Counted from the first letter of the stretch, positions 1 to 9,120 are shown. The stretch: 27,402 nt of DNA from an uncultured Candidatus Peribacteria bacterium (GCA_964347725.1 CAYGAB010000001.1:1-27402); one strand, 5' to 3'. Program-made: numbers and translations. Notes: generated from the letters alone by a model not told the origin.

Positions 1-1
1 C

Positions 2-607
2 GTGAGGGAGACCACTTGCCGCAATCAAAGTGAATTCCGAGACATAATGGAAGATTTTGAAAAAGAAAAGCGATGGGACTTTTTACGCCAACTGTGGATG
101 ATCTACCGCGTAGAGCTCAATGACTGCAGGGCAGAATCATCGGAGACGCCAAATTTCGAGGAAATTTCATTGAGCCAAGCAGCTTATTGTTTGGCAAAAA
201 ACCCAACTGACACGAACCTTGCGAAGGGCGTCTGGACTCAGAAAGAAAGACTAAGCCAAGAAGCGCTCGAGCTGGGGCGCAAACTCTTGACGGAAGATGC
301 CTTGGGGGCAGAGGTGGAGCAAGTTCGCACCAATCTAAACCTGGAAGGAGGGCTTTACTTGAATCCAGAGCCCTACACTCCTGAGACTCTCCAAAAAATC
401 TCGCAGATCATGAGAAATTTAGGGGTGGTGGCCAGTGTGGCCTCTGTTCATCTTAAAGGATCAGATCCCTGGTTTAGAGAGCATCCAGTAGTAGCCTTTT
501 TGAGAAAAGAACGCCTCAAACAATGGAGAGGCAGGGCTCAGGGCGGTGGAGATCAAAACGAAGGCTTGAGCCAAATACTGGCCGACCAAATTTGCATGAA
601 TTCATAA
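2..607 (+). CDS. Hypothetical protein, probably 5'-truncated by the window edge
   Basis: 201-codon open frame from the window start to TAA at 605-607; no motif recognised. An internal ATG at 47 is an alternative start. Confidence 0.55.
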   Translation: MRETTCRNQSEFRDIMEDFEKEKRWDFLRQLWMIYRVELNDCRAESSETPNFEEISLSQAAYCLAKNPTDTNLAKGVWTQKERLSQEALELGRKLLTEDALGAEVEQVRTNLNLEGGLYLNPEPYTPETLQKISQIMRNLGVVASVASVHLKGSDPWFREHPVVAFLRKERLKQWRGRAQGGGDQNEGLSQILADQICMNS

Positions 608-619
608 ATCTGTTAAAAT
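592..619 (+). promoter_or_regulatory. Putative sigma70 promoter of def (TTGCAT-16-TAAAAT, extended -10 TGn), probably leaderless
   Basis: TTGCAT 592-597, TG 611-612, TAAAAT 614-619; def ATG is only 6 nt downstream. Confidence 0.55.
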
Positions 620-625
620 AAACGC

Positions 626-1129
626 ATGACTTTGCACGTACAAACTGGCACCACCAATGAGATTTTACGCACGGCCTCCAAGCCCGTGTCCAATTTCACC
701 AGCGAACTCAAAAGTTTTGCCTTGGACATGATCAAAACCATGGAAGCTGAAAACGGTGTTGGACTGGCAGCTCCTCAGGTTGGGCGCAACATTCGAATGG
801 TCATTTGCAAACTCAATCCTGGTGAAGACAATGAAGTGATCATTCCCATGCTCAACCCAGTCGTCATGCAAGCCTCCCCAGATCAAGAAGAAGGAGAAGA
901 AGGCTGTCTCAGCCTGCCAGGAACCTGGGGCCAAGTCCTCCGCTCAACCGAGATCGTATTGCGCTACAAAAACCTCAAAGGCCAAGACCAAACTCTGGTT
1001 CTCAACCACATCAACGCGCGGATCATCCAGCACGAAATCGACCATCTGGACGGCATTTTATTCGTGGACCGAGCCACGCAAATTGAAGAGAAAAAGGGGC
1101 GCAAGAAAAAAGACGGCGTGCAGATTTAA
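626..1129 (+). CDS. def: Peptide deformylase
   Basis: All three PDF motifs: GVGLAAPQVG, EGCLS, QHEIDHLDG. Confidence 0.97.
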   Translation: MTLHVQTGTTNEILRTASKPVSNFTSELKSFALDMIKTMEAENGVGLAAPQVGRNIRMVICKLNPGEDNEVIIPMLNPVVMQASPDQEEGEEGCLSLPGTWGQVLRSTEIVLRYKNLKGQDQTLVLNHINARIIQHEIDHLDGILFVDRATQIEEKKGRKKKDGVQI

Positions 1130-2124
1130 AACAGTTTAGCCGTTTTGTACACTCCCCACCAAAAAGGCCGAATCACCATCACTTGAGCGCCGTGGTAGTG
1201 AACTCGTTCGCCGCCAAAGCGAGTTTTGAATTGGGTCACGCCAGCCAGGCTGTGTTTTGCTGCGCCTTCAGGAGCAATTCCCAAAAAGTCGTAGTGGGAG
1301 AACCCTTCTTGTTTGGCCGTCTGAATGGCAAACCACTGCAAGGCGTAAGGGGCCATTTGGTCTCGATGGTGATTGCTGGAAGCGCCAAAATAATAAGTTG
1401 CGGTGGCCCCAAAATGTGTGGCCAAAAGTCCGCCAATGGGTTCGTGAGTGGCCGTGTAGGCCATGTAGAGCTTGGCTTGATCGCCGAGTTTATCAAAGAA
1501 ATCGATGTAAAAGTCTTTGTCGTGGACATGAAACCCGTCTCTTTCCCCGGTTTCTTTCAAGAGATCGTAAAAATCAGGAATGCCGTGAGCACCAGAAAGC
1601 CGCACGTAGACGCCCTTTTTCTCAGCTTGCCGAATGTTGTAACGGCCTTTTTGAGTCATTTGGCCCAAGAGAAATTCCTCGCTGTGGTGCAGCTTCAGCA
1701 TCAAGGTGTCTTGTGGCAAATAGGATTCGGAGGAAGTTTTTTCGTCAAGACACCAAAACTCTTCTGATGCCACGCCAGGTTCCATTCGGATGAAAACGTC
1801 GCCGTGGGATTTCGCCAAATTCTTTAGGCCATGCTTTAAAAGAGTCCAGGCAGCTTTTTGCGCCTCCTCATTTTCAGGCAATAAGGGGCCTCGTGGGCAC
1901 CAAAGCCAGGTTTTTTTGAGCCCCATGATTTGGCGTATCACCAAACTGGAAGCAATCCATTGTCCTTCTTCTTCCACCGCCAAAACATGAAAAGCAGGGC
2001 GGCCAGGGATTCCCGTTTGAAGCAATCCCCAGTCCCAAGATTGTTCTATTGAACCATGCGGATGATTTGCGACAAAGTGCTTGAGCGCCTCGCGGTCGTC
2101 AGAGGTGAGGTGGATCAGTTTCAT
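1126..2124 (-). CDS. FemABX-family peptidoglycan interpeptide-bridge aminoacyltransferase
   Basis: HGSIEQSWDWG, WCPRGP, KGRYNIRQAEKKG, ATYYFGAS, YDFLGI and FKTRFGG are FemAB/FemX signatures. Confidence 0.9.
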   Translation of the reverse strand: MKLIHLTSDDREALKHFVANHPHGSIEQSWDWGLLQTGIPGRPAFHVLAVEEEGQWIASSLVIRQIMGLKKTWLWCPRGPLLPENEEAQKAAWTLLKHGLKNLAKSHGDVFIRMEPGVASEEFWCLDEKTSSESYLPQDTLMLKLHHSEEFLLGQMTQKGRYNIRQAEKKGVYVRLSGAHGIPDFYDLLKETGERDGFHVHDKDFYIDFFDKLGDQAKLYMAYTATHEPIGGLLATHFGATATYYFGASSNHHRDQMAPYALQWFAIQTAKQEGFSHYDFLGIAPEGAAKHSLAGVTQFKTRFGGERVHYHGAQVMVIRPFWWGVYKTAKLF

Positions 2125-2140
2125 ACGCAGGCCAGTCTAT

Positions 2141-3475
2141 CTACTTACCCATGCGTTGTCGAATGAAGGCAGGAATGTCGTATTCACTGGTGGTTTCATC
2201 CAAAGTGGGGCGCTGAGGCGTCCCGGAAGAAGGGCGAGCAGCCACATCAGGCATGCTGTTTGGGCGTGCTGCGGGCGGAAGATTTGGACTCGCTGGAATA
2301 TTCCCCCCCAAAGCATTTTGAGATACGAGAGGCCGTTGAGGAGCCGGAGCCGTTGGAACAGACGCGGGGCGGAATTCACCCAGCGTTCGTGCCACATTGA
2401 TGCTGCGACGGTGGTCGTCAAACCCAGTGGCCACCACGGTAACTTTGATTTCACCCGTGTAAGAGTCGTTGATGACGGCACCAAAAATGATGTTCGCTTC
2501 TGGGTCGGCGGCTTCTGTAATGATCCGAGCGGCTTCGTCCACTTCAAACATGGAGAGGTCGCTTCCACCCGTGATGTTGAAGAGAATCCCCTTGGCTCCT
2601 TGAATGCTGAGTTCGAGAAGAGGGCTTTCCACAGCGGCACGAGCGGCTTCGCTGGCACGTTGTTCGCCGGTTCCGTACCCGATTCCCATGAGAGCGGATC
2701 CAGAATTTTCCATGATGGCTTTCACATCGGCAAAATCCACGTTGATCATTCCGTGAACGGTGATCAAGTCGGAAATGCCTTGCACTCCTTGACGGAGCAC
2801 ATCGTCCACAACGGTGAAGGCTTCTTGAAGCGGCGTTTTTCGGTCGATGAGAGAAAGAATCTTGTCGTTTGGAATCACAATCAAGGTGTCCACCTTGTTC
2901 TTCATGTTTTCTAGGCCTTCGTCGGCCTGAGTCTTGCGTCGGTGTCCTTCAAAAGAGAAAGGTTTCGTCACCACGCCAACCGTCAAAATCCCCATTTCTT
3001 TGGCAATTTCAGCGATCACAGGTGAAGCGCCCGTTCCCGTTCCTCCCCCAAGTCCACAAGTAATGAAAAGCATGTCGGACCCTTCCAAAGCGGCTTTGAT
3101 TTCTTCGCGGGATTCTTCGGCAGCTTGGCGGCCCACATCTGGGTGGCTTCCAGCTCCCAGTCCACGAGTGGTGGATTTTCCGATGTTGATCTTCACGGTG
3201 GCCTCATTGTGGTAGAGAGCCTGAGCGTCTGTGTTCACGGCGATGAATTCGATTCCTTTGATGTTGGAACGGATCATTCGGTTCAGAGCATTCCCTCCGC
3301 CCCCTCCAACCCCAACCACTTTGATGCGTGCCACAGGAGCCACGTCAGGAGTCACTTCATAAGTGCGTTTTTTGCTCGACGCACTAGCAGGACTTCCAGA
3401 GAAAAGGTGTTTTAAGCTGTCGTCGTTGTTTTGTCCACCTTGAGCCGCAGCTCCGGCGGTGTTGTCGCTGGCCAT
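2141..3475 (-). CDS. ftsZ: Cell division protein FtsZ
   Basis: [20 protein letters not shown] tubulin signature, INVDFADV, C-terminal DIPAFIR peptide. Confidence 0.99.
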   Translation of the reverse strand: MASDNTAGAAAQGGQNNDDSLKHLFSGSPASASSKKRTYEVTPDVAPVARIKVVGVGGGGGNALNRMIRSNIKGIEFIAVNTDAQALYHNEATVKINIGKSTTRGLGAGSHPDVGRQAAEESREEIKAALEGSDMLFITCGLGGGTGTGASPVIAEIAKEMGILTVGVVTKPFSFEGHRRKTQADEGLENMKNKVDTLIVIPNDKILSLIDRKTPLQEAFTVVDDVLRQGVQGISDLITVHGMINVDFADVKAIMENSGSALMGIGYGTGEQRASEAARAAVESPLLELSIQGAKGILFNITGGSDLSMFEVDEAARIITEAADPEANIIFGAVINDSYTGEIKVTVVATGFDDHRRSINVARTLGEFRPASVPTAPAPQRPLVSQNALGGNIPASPNLPPAARPNSMPDVAARPSSGTPQRPTLDETTSEYDIPAFIRQRMGK

Positions 3476-3487
3476 ACAATAAAGGGG

Positions 3488-4735
3488 TTAAGGGAGAAGG
3501 CTACGGAACCAAGATTTGATTCCTTGAACCATTTTTGGAAAATCAATGGATTTCAGGTCGAGCTTGAGCCCCAGTGGCGTCTCACCCTGAAAACGAGAAC
3601 CCCAGATCGCAAGCCCTATCGCGGTGGCGTAGGCGGGGTCTTCAATTTTATCCACCACGCCTTCGTAATTGGTTGGAAAACCAATCTGAACGGGCAGATT
3701 GAGCACTTCACGAGACAAGTCGATCACGCCAGGCATTTTAACGGCGGCCCCAGTCAGGATGGCTCCAGCAGGAAGCATTCCGTCACGTTGAACCTTGGTG
3801 AGTTCGTCTTTTGCCATCAAGAAAATTTCGTGATAACGAGCCTGGATGATTTCAGCGAGCTGTTTTTTGGAAACGGTCTGGGTGTCGATTTTGGAGAGTA
3901 GAGAAAGGTCAATGGTTTCACGGTCGTGCACGTCTTCTGGCAAACAAGTTCCGTACTCAATTTTAATTTTTTCAGCCGTGTCGATGGAGGTTCTCAGTCC
4001 AATCGCAATGTCATTGGTCACGTTGTCTCCGCCAACGGGCAAAGCGGCTGTGTGCAAAACCGTTCCTTCTTCAAAAATAGTCACATTCGTTCCTCCGCAG
4101 CCCACGTCGATCACCACCACTCCCAATTCTTTTTGACGCTTGGTGAGCACGGCTTCGGCGGAAGCCAATCCAGCCGGAATGATGTCATTGATGTCCACGC
4201 CAGATTGATGCACACATTTCTCAATGTTTTTAACCGCAGGAACCAGTCCTGTCACCAGATGAGCCAACACTTCCAAACGAATCCCAGTCATGCCCACGGG
4301 GTACTTGATGCCGGTTTGTTCGTCCACAGTGAAGTACTTTGGGATGATTCGTAAAATGCGACGATTGTTCGGGATGGCAACGGCCTGAGCCGCTTCCAAC
4401 ACGCGGTCCACGTCGTCTTCAATGATTTCATTTCCGCTGTGAGAAATAGCGATCACGCCTTTGCTGTCTTGAGAAGAAATATGGTCACCGCCCAGCCCCA
4501 CAAAAACATGGTGAATTGGCTCTCCGGCCATGCGTTCGGCATCTTCAAGAGCAGAAGAAATGTTGTTCACGGTTTCTTCCACATCAATGACGCTTCCTTT
4601 TCGCAGTCCTCCTGATGGAGCCACCCCCACTCCGATGACATTCGGCACATGACTGTTTTCTTCCAACACGGCCACCACCACACGGATTTTTGAGTTTCCC
4701 ATGTCGAGTCCGGCGACGATCCTTGCTTTGGCCAT
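3488..4735 (-). CDS. ftsA: Cell division protein FtsA
   Basis: GLDMGNSK, GLRKGSVID, VIDVGCGGT, LPVGGDNVTNDIA, LTGAAV, C-terminal amphipathic helix; directly upstream of ftsZ. Confidence 0.97.
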   Translation of the reverse strand: MAKARIVAGLDMGNSKIRVVVAVLEENSHVPNVIGVGVAPSGGLRKGSVIDVEETVNNISSALEDAERMAGEPIHHVFVGLGGDHISSQDSKGVIAISHSGNEIIEDDVDRVLEAAQAVAIPNNRRILRIIPKYFTVDEQTGIKYPVGMTGIRLEVLAHLVTGLVPAVKNIEKCVHQSGVDINDIIPAGLASAEAVLTKRQKELGVVVIDVGCGGTNVTIFEEGTVLHTAALPVGGDNVTNDIAIGLRTSIDTAEKIKIEYGTCLPEDVHDRETIDLSLLSKIDTQTVSKKQLAEIIQARYHEIFLMAKDELTKVQRDGMLPAGAILTGAAVKMPGVIDLSREVLNLPVQIGFPTNYEGVVDKIEDPAYATAIGLAIWGSRFQGETPLGLKLDLKSIDFPKMVQGIKSWFRSLLP

Positions 4736-4938
4736 AGGGCTAAATTTAGATGATTTTTACAGGAGTGTTCAGACTTTATCTCAAGTGGTGAAAAGGAGCA
4801 AGCTTTTTGCACAAGCTAAATGGCTTAAGCAAGCCAAAAAACAAAGACTGAACCTAAAATTTACCCAGGGAAAAGGCGCATCCCCAAGCCCGAAAAAGCA
4901 AAACCAAGGCGTGAACTAAAAATGCACTCAGCAAATCT

Positions 4939-5859
4939 TCAAAAAAGGCTACCCTGAAGTTCTTCGGCGCGGCGTTTTTTCCACTCTTCATTGAGTTTTT
5001 CAACCCTCACCCAATGGCTTCTAAAAGCCAATTCATTGAAGATTTCCCTGAGAGCTTCCATCTTGAAGTCGTGCACCTTGCAGGCCTCGAGGTCAAAGTT
5101 GAAGTCGTCCTTTTTTAGAATGGTGGCCACTTCTCGGCACAAAAAAGCCTGGTCACGAAAAGCGGCCAGTTTCTCCCCCACTTTTGAAGGAATTGCGGCT
5201 AAGTTTTCGTAAACTCCTTCCAGATTTCCGTAGTTTTCAAGCAGGCTGATGGCGGTTTTCGGCCCAATGCCAGGCACGCCAACAATGTTGTCGCTGTTGT
5301 CTCCACAGAGTCCTTTGTAGTCTGGAACTTGTTCGGGCCAAACGCCCATGATTTCTTTCACCATGGCGCGGTCGTAACGCCGAACCTCCGAATAACCTTT
5401 TAAAGGAGCCACCACTCGAGTTTGTTCGGTGACCAACTGGAGCGCGTCTTTGTCGCTGGTGACAATCAAAGTTTGGATTTCTGGGTGTTTGGCTTCAATT
5501 TCTGCGGAGACAATTCCCAAGTAGTCATCGGCCTCCAAACCTGTTTTTTTGAACATGGGCACAGAAAAAGCTTCCAAAACCTGATAAACACGAGGAAATT
5601 GCTGGATCAGCTCGTCGTCTGTTTTGGCTCGGGTGCCTTTGTAGGTGCTGAGCATTTCGTCTCTAAACGTAGGCCCCTTCATGTCCCAGGCAGTGGCCAG
5701 GTAGAGGGGACGTTCTTTTTCCAAAATTCCCAGCAAAATGGACACAAAGCCATGCACCGCATTGGTCAGTTCTCCGCTCGCCGTTCGCAAGGTTTTTGGG
5801 AGCGCATGATAAGACCGATGGATGAGCGCGTTGCCGTCAATGATTACAAAAGTGGACAT
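4939..5859 (-). CDS. Stand-alone 5'-3' exonuclease / flap endonuclease (Pol I N-terminal domain only)
   Basis: IIDGNALIHR, YKGTR, EADD, TSDKDALQL, GDNSDNIVGVPGIGPKTA. Stops at 306 aa with no polymerase domain and ends in QGSLF. Confidence 0.93.
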   Translation of the reverse strand: MSTFVIIDGNALIHRSYHALPKTLRTASGELTNAVHGFVSILLGILEKERPLYLATAWDMKGPTFRDEMLSTYKGTRAKTDDELIQQFPRVYQVLEAFSVPMFKKTGLEADDYLGIVSAEIEAKHPEIQTLIVTSDKDALQLVTEQTRVVAPLKGYSEVRRYDRAMVKEIMGVWPEQVPDYKGLCGDNSDNIVGVPGIGPKTAISLLENYGNLEGVYENLAAIPSKVGEKLAAFRDQAFLCREVATILKKDDFNFDLEACKVHDFKMEALREIFNELAFRSHWVRVEKLNEEWKKRRAEELQGSLF

Positions 5860-5961
5860 GTCTCGCCAAGGATATCACGCCAGGAGCAAAACACCAAAAG
5901 ACTACTTTGCGCCAAAGCACAAGATGGTCAAGCCCTCCGCGTGGAAAAAAAGCTTTTTTTT

Positions 5962-5970
5962 TGCTATAAT
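5962..5970 (+). promoter_or_regulatory. Extended -10 promoter element (TGcTATAAT) for the 5996 gene
   Basis: Perfect TATAAT at 5965-5970 preceded by TG, in the divergent intergenic region; A7-GC-T7 palindrome at 5945-5960 just upstream. Confidence 0.6.
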
Positions 5971-5995
5971 GCTTTGAATCGCTCAAAACAAATCC

Positions 5996-6487
5996 ATGCA
6001 AAAATCAAAACCCAAAGCAAAGGCCAAGCTCGACGAAAGAATCCCAAGTTTAGTGGTGGACGTTCGTGGTGCTGATCCAAAGTTGCTTGAAGCTTTGATT
6101 CCTGCTCTTCAGGAAATGGTGGCCCACACTCAGGTTTTGGGAGGTCTAAAAATCAAGGCCAAAGGCTTGAGCAACGCTTTCTCAACGGAAGAAGCCATGG
6201 AGGAAGCGCATTTGTGGCTGATTTTGGGGGACAAACTCCCCTCGGACTTCTTGATGTTGGTGGAAAGGGGCATTGTTCCTGTGATGAGGTCTGGCCTGCA
6301 CGAAGAAGCCGAAAGCTACAGTCCTGTTTTAGAAAGCGGGAATTCTTTTTTGTTTGATAAGCTCAATGAATGGCACGTTCATGCGGCCATGATTCGCGCT
6401 CTGGAAAATTACAAGTTCCCCTACGACTGGCAAAACCTGAAAAACAACGTCAAAAATTTCACAAAACAGACGGTTCGCCTCAAATGA
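5996..6487 (+). CDS. Protein resembling only the C-terminal subdomain of glycogen synthase (GT5), catalytic motif degenerate
   Basis: VERGIVPVMRSG...SYSPVLESGNSFLFD...AMIRALENY...DWQNL parallels the GlgA pattern AMRYGTVPIVR..GG...YDP..GNGFLF...AIRRAL..Y...W..L. No KTGGL N-domain and no EPCGL. Confidence 0.55.
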   Translation: MQKSKPKAKAKLDERIPSLVVDVRGADPKLLEALIPALQEMVAHTQVLGGLKIKAKGLSNAFSTEEAMEEAHLWLILGDKLPSDFLMLVERGIVPVMRSGLHEEAESYSPVLESGNSFLFDKLNEWHVHAAMIRALENYKFPYDWQNLKNNVKNFTKQTVRLK

Positions 6488-6501
6488 GCGAACTTTTTTG
6501 T

Positions 6502-6909
6502 TTAGTCCAAAGAACTTCCGCCGTTGAAGTTGCTGCCACCGCCAGCGTTTTCTTGAACTGTGGAGGTTAGGCTTTCAATGAGTCTGAAAATTTCACTCAA
6601 ATTGATGTACTGGACCACGTTCAGTCCGAGTGCTCTTCCCACAAAACCGACAATCACCACGGACAGAATGGTGACGATCAAGCCAATGATGGCGTAACGA
6701 ATGGTGGAAACGGCCTGTTTGATTTTGTCGTCCTCCCCCCCAGACAAGATGAAAGAAATACCGCCAAAAAATATAAAAACAACGCTCAAAAACCCCGCAA
6801 TGATGATCGCATAAGCAATCGCACGGTTGATCACTTCCATGGCGTTGTAGCTTTGGGCCACGTCCAAAACCGAACCCTGGGTGACCGCAATGAGGAGTGG
6901 ATGAATCAT
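6502..6909 (-). CDS. Small two-TM pilin-like protein of the Patescibacteria TrbC/VirB2-like (T4SS_pilin) type
   Basis: Hydrophobic helix, then FGGISFILSGGEDDKIKQAVSTIRYAIIGLIV, then a second hydrophobic helix: the characteristic GG..I.SGG...K...A...I.YAIIGL pattern. Confidence 0.8.
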   Translation of the reverse strand: MIHPLLIAVTQGSVLDVAQSYNAMEVINRAIAYAIIIAGFLSVVFIFFGGISFILSGGEDDKIKQAVSTIRYAIIGLIVTILSVVIVGFVGRALGLNVVQYINLSEIFRLIESLTSTVQENAGGGSNFNGGSSLD

Positions 6910-6921
6910 ACAAAAAGCACT

Positions 6922-7200
6922 CTACACCACCGTGCCATCCGGTTCAATGATTTTCAGATTGTAGCGAGCGTCGTGTTTCGCCCCCATCATGCGGAGCAGA
7001 ACGCGCAAAGCCTTGGCGGTTTGCCCGCTTTTTCCAATGATCTTTCCCATGTCGGCCTTGCCAACCCTCAAAGTGATGAGCACGCCAAGGTCATCCACGG
7101 TTTGCGTGACTTCAACTTCTTCAGGAGTGCCAGTGATGCTGCGAACAACAAACTCAATAAAATCCCGAGCAGGACTGTTGGTGGGGTCAACGTGAACCAT
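6922..7200 (-). CDS. khpA: KH-domain RNA-binding protein KhpA
   Basis: DMGKIIGKSGQTAKALR (GxxG KH loop); conserved position downstream of rpsP. Confidence 0.92.
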   Translation of the reverse strand: MVHVDPTNSPARDFIEFVVRSITGTPEEVEVTQTVDDLGVLITLRVGKADMGKIIGKSGQTAKALRVLLRMMGAKHDARYNLKIIEPDGTVV

Positions 7201-7218
7201 AAGGATGGAGGAAAAGGA

Positions 7219-7533
7219 TTAAGCGGTCGGAGCTTCCTCGGCAAGAGGGTTTTTGGTGGCGCGTTTTTTGTTTCGGAAATCCATGAATTTTTCCATTCCA
7301 GCAACGCCATTGTACTTCAAAAGTCCAGCAACGGTATCGCTGGGCTGAGCTCCTTGAGCAATCCAATGGTCAATTCGATCTTGCTTGAAATCCGTTTTTT
7401 TACCTTCTCCTGGATTGTAAGATCCCACGATTTCAAGGAATTTACCCTGAACAGGGCGACTTTTCTCGGCCACAACAATACGGTAGGTGGCTTGATTTCT
7501 GCGTCCAGTACGGCTCAAACGAATGACTAACAA
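7219..7533 (-). CDS. rpsP: 30S ribosomal protein S16 (TTG start)
   Basis: LVIRLSRTGRRNQATYRIVVAE, GKFLEIVGSYNP, WIAQGAQPSDTV. Homology begins at TTG 7533, not at the 7611 start in the ORF track. Confidence 0.95.
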   Translation of the reverse strand: MLVIRLSRTGRRNQATYRIVVAEKSRPVQGKFLEIVGSYNPGEGKKTDFKQDRIDHWIAQGAQPSDTVAGLLKYNGVAGMEKFMDFRNKKRATKNPLAEEAPTA

Positions 7534-7567
7534 GGTGCTGAGGGTTAAATGTAATCTTTGCCTAAGG

Positions 7568-7595
7568 ATTGTAAGGATGAAAGCGGCATTGTCAA
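7568..7595 (-). promoter_or_regulatory. Near-consensus sigma70 promoter for rpsP-khpA-pilin (TTGACA-16-TACAAT)
   Basis: Plus-strand TGTCAA at 7590-7595 and ATTGTA at 7568-7573, 34 nt above the rpsP start. Confidence 0.8.
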
Positions 7596-7903
7596 GCGGA
7601 AGTTTCCACAACGGTGCGTAAATCCTTCACCCATTCATGTTTCAAACTGAGGTTCATCTTCATGATGATGTCGTGCCGATGGACGTAAACGTACTGAGCC
7701 CAAGCGCTGTGGTGCACGGCCACCACCAAGGTTCCACTTTTGAAATATTTGGGCTCCACGTGTTCGCTGATTTTTTTGCCCATGATTTCTGGCGCAAGGT
7801 CCCGAAAGCGTTTGCAAACCAGGGCCGCTCGAGTTTCACGAGTCATGTTGTAGCGCTCAATGGCTCGAGGCAAAAGTTTGGTGAAATCCCAAAAATCGTT
7901 CAT
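7592..7903 (-). CDS. DUF721 / DciA-family protein (replicative helicase loader-like)
   Basis: 103 aa with GTLVVAVHHSAWAQ...RHDII.K.N, the DUF721 core; ATGA overlap with the GT4 stop. Confidence 0.75.
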   Translation of the reverse strand: MNDFWDFTKLLPRAIERYNMTRETRAALVCKRFRDLAPEIMGKKISEHVEPKYFKSGTLVVAVHHSAWAQYVYVHRHDIIMKMNLSLKHEWVKDLRTVVETSA

Positions 7904-9012
7904 GTGGTTTCGTAAAGGGCCAAACTTTCTTCAGCCATGCTTTTCCAGGAGAATTTCCGGCTGTGGCGGAGTCCACGTTCTCGCAAGTCCTTGCGCAAGT
8001 CTCCGTCCAGCCACACTCGGCGAATCGCATTGGCCATGTCCTCAGGATCGTAAGGGTCAAAAAAGAGGGCGTTGTTTTCGCCGCAGATTTCCGGAATGCA
8101 GGAGGCTTTGGACGCGACCACCGGCGTTCCACAGCGCATGGCTTCTAGAGGCGGAAGCCCGAAACCTTCGTAAAGCGAGGGGAAAACGTAGGTGAAAGCG
8201 CCTTGGTAAAGCGCGGTCAATTCGTCTTCGGGAACCATTCCTGGGAAGATCACAGAATACTCCAAGCCAAGTTCTTTCACCGTGCGGCGAACTTCCGGAT
8301 AATAAGGATCTTCTTTCCCAGTGATGACCAATTGCAGGTCAAAACTTTCGTCTTGTTTTAAGATCGCAAAAGCACGAATCAAATTGATGAGGTTTTTGTG
8401 GCTGCGCCAAACTCCCGTGTAGAGCAAGTAGTCTTTGGTGATTCCGTATTTTTTCACGAGTTCAGCCAGACCTTCGCGGTCTTCTCTCGGAGTGAAGTTC
8501 TCCCCCACGCCTTCATAAATCACGGTGATTTTTTCTTGAGCGGTTCCAAGGACTTTGATCAAGTCGAGCTTGGTGTTTTCAGAAACGGCGATCACTTTTT
8601 TGGCATGACTCACGGCATTGCTGAGCGTGAAATGATAGGCCCTGCGGTGGAGCCAGGAATTCATTTTTTTGCCTGGATAAAAGGAAAGCGTGAGGTCATG
8701 AATGGTGACGACGCTGGGTTTTTTGTAGAGAATTGGCGCATTGAAGTGCGTGAAGTGCATCAAGTCGAGCTTGGCTTTGCGCAATTTCCAGAAAAAACTC
8801 CATTGCTCTTTTAAGGAATAGTGGTGAGCATTCACCAAAACTTTTTGGACGTTTTTTGGCGCTTCGTACTCCTGGAATTGAGGCGCGTTCATGAACAAGA
8901 CAAATTCGTGTTGAGGCGCAATTTGAGCCAGATGTTCCACCAATTCTTGAACGTAACGGCCAATGCCCGTGTACTGGCTTCCAAAGATCCGGGCGTCAAT
9001 ACCGATTCGCAT
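7900..9012 (-). CDS. Glycosyltransferase family 4 (group 1)
   Basis: MRIGIDAR start at 9012, TIHDL, HKNL, FPSLYEGFGLPPLEAM (EX7E motif), FSW. Confidence 0.93.
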   Translation of the reverse strand: MRIGIDARIFGSQYTGIGRYVQELVEHLAQIAPQHEFVLFMNAPQFQEYEAPKNVQKVLVNAHHYSLKEQWSFFWKLRKAKLDLMHFTHFNAPILYKKPSVVTIHDLTLSFYPGKKMNSWLHRRAYHFTLSNAVSHAKKVIAVSENTKLDLIKVLGTAQEKITVIYEGVGENFTPREDREGLAELVKKYGITKDYLLYTGVWRSHKNLINLIRAFAILKQDESFDLQLVITGKEDPYYPEVRRTVKELGLEYSVIFPGMVPEDELTALYQGAFTYVFPSLYEGFGLPPLEAMRCGTPVVASKASCIPEICGENNALFFDPYDPEDMANAIRRVWLDGDLRKDLRERGLRHSRKFSWKSMAEESLALYETT

Positions 9013-9034
9013 GAGTTGAATTTGAAGTGAGCGC

Positions 9035-9043
9035 ATTCTAGCA
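9035..9043 (-). promoter_or_regulatory. Extended -10 (TGcTAGAAT) for GT4-dciA
   Basis: Plus-strand ATTCTAGCA; the same 9-mer as the aro-operon promoter; 22 nt above the GT4 ATG. Confidence 0.5.
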
Positions 9044-9065
9044 GCAAAATGAAAAAGCGCGAGCA

Positions 9066-9094
9066 TTGACATAAATACAAATCAATGATAAAAG
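9066..9094 (+). promoter_or_regulatory. Putative sigma70 promoter for the 9121-10543 orphan cluster (TTGACA-17-TAAAAG)
   Basis: Perfect -35 at 9066-9071; imperfect -10 at 9089-9094 with TG at 9086-9087. Confidence 0.4.
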
Positions 9095-9120
9095 CCAGAA
9101 AAATTCACCCCTAGATTCAA

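Noticed and set aside
7534-7611. N-terminal extension of S16 in the ORF track; likewise the longer starts for GT4 (9072), trpR (10575), trpG-D (12239), 17707, aroB (24210) and tyrA (26013)
   Set aside because: Extensions run through promoters or upstream genes; homology and ATGA coupling point to the downstream starts used here.
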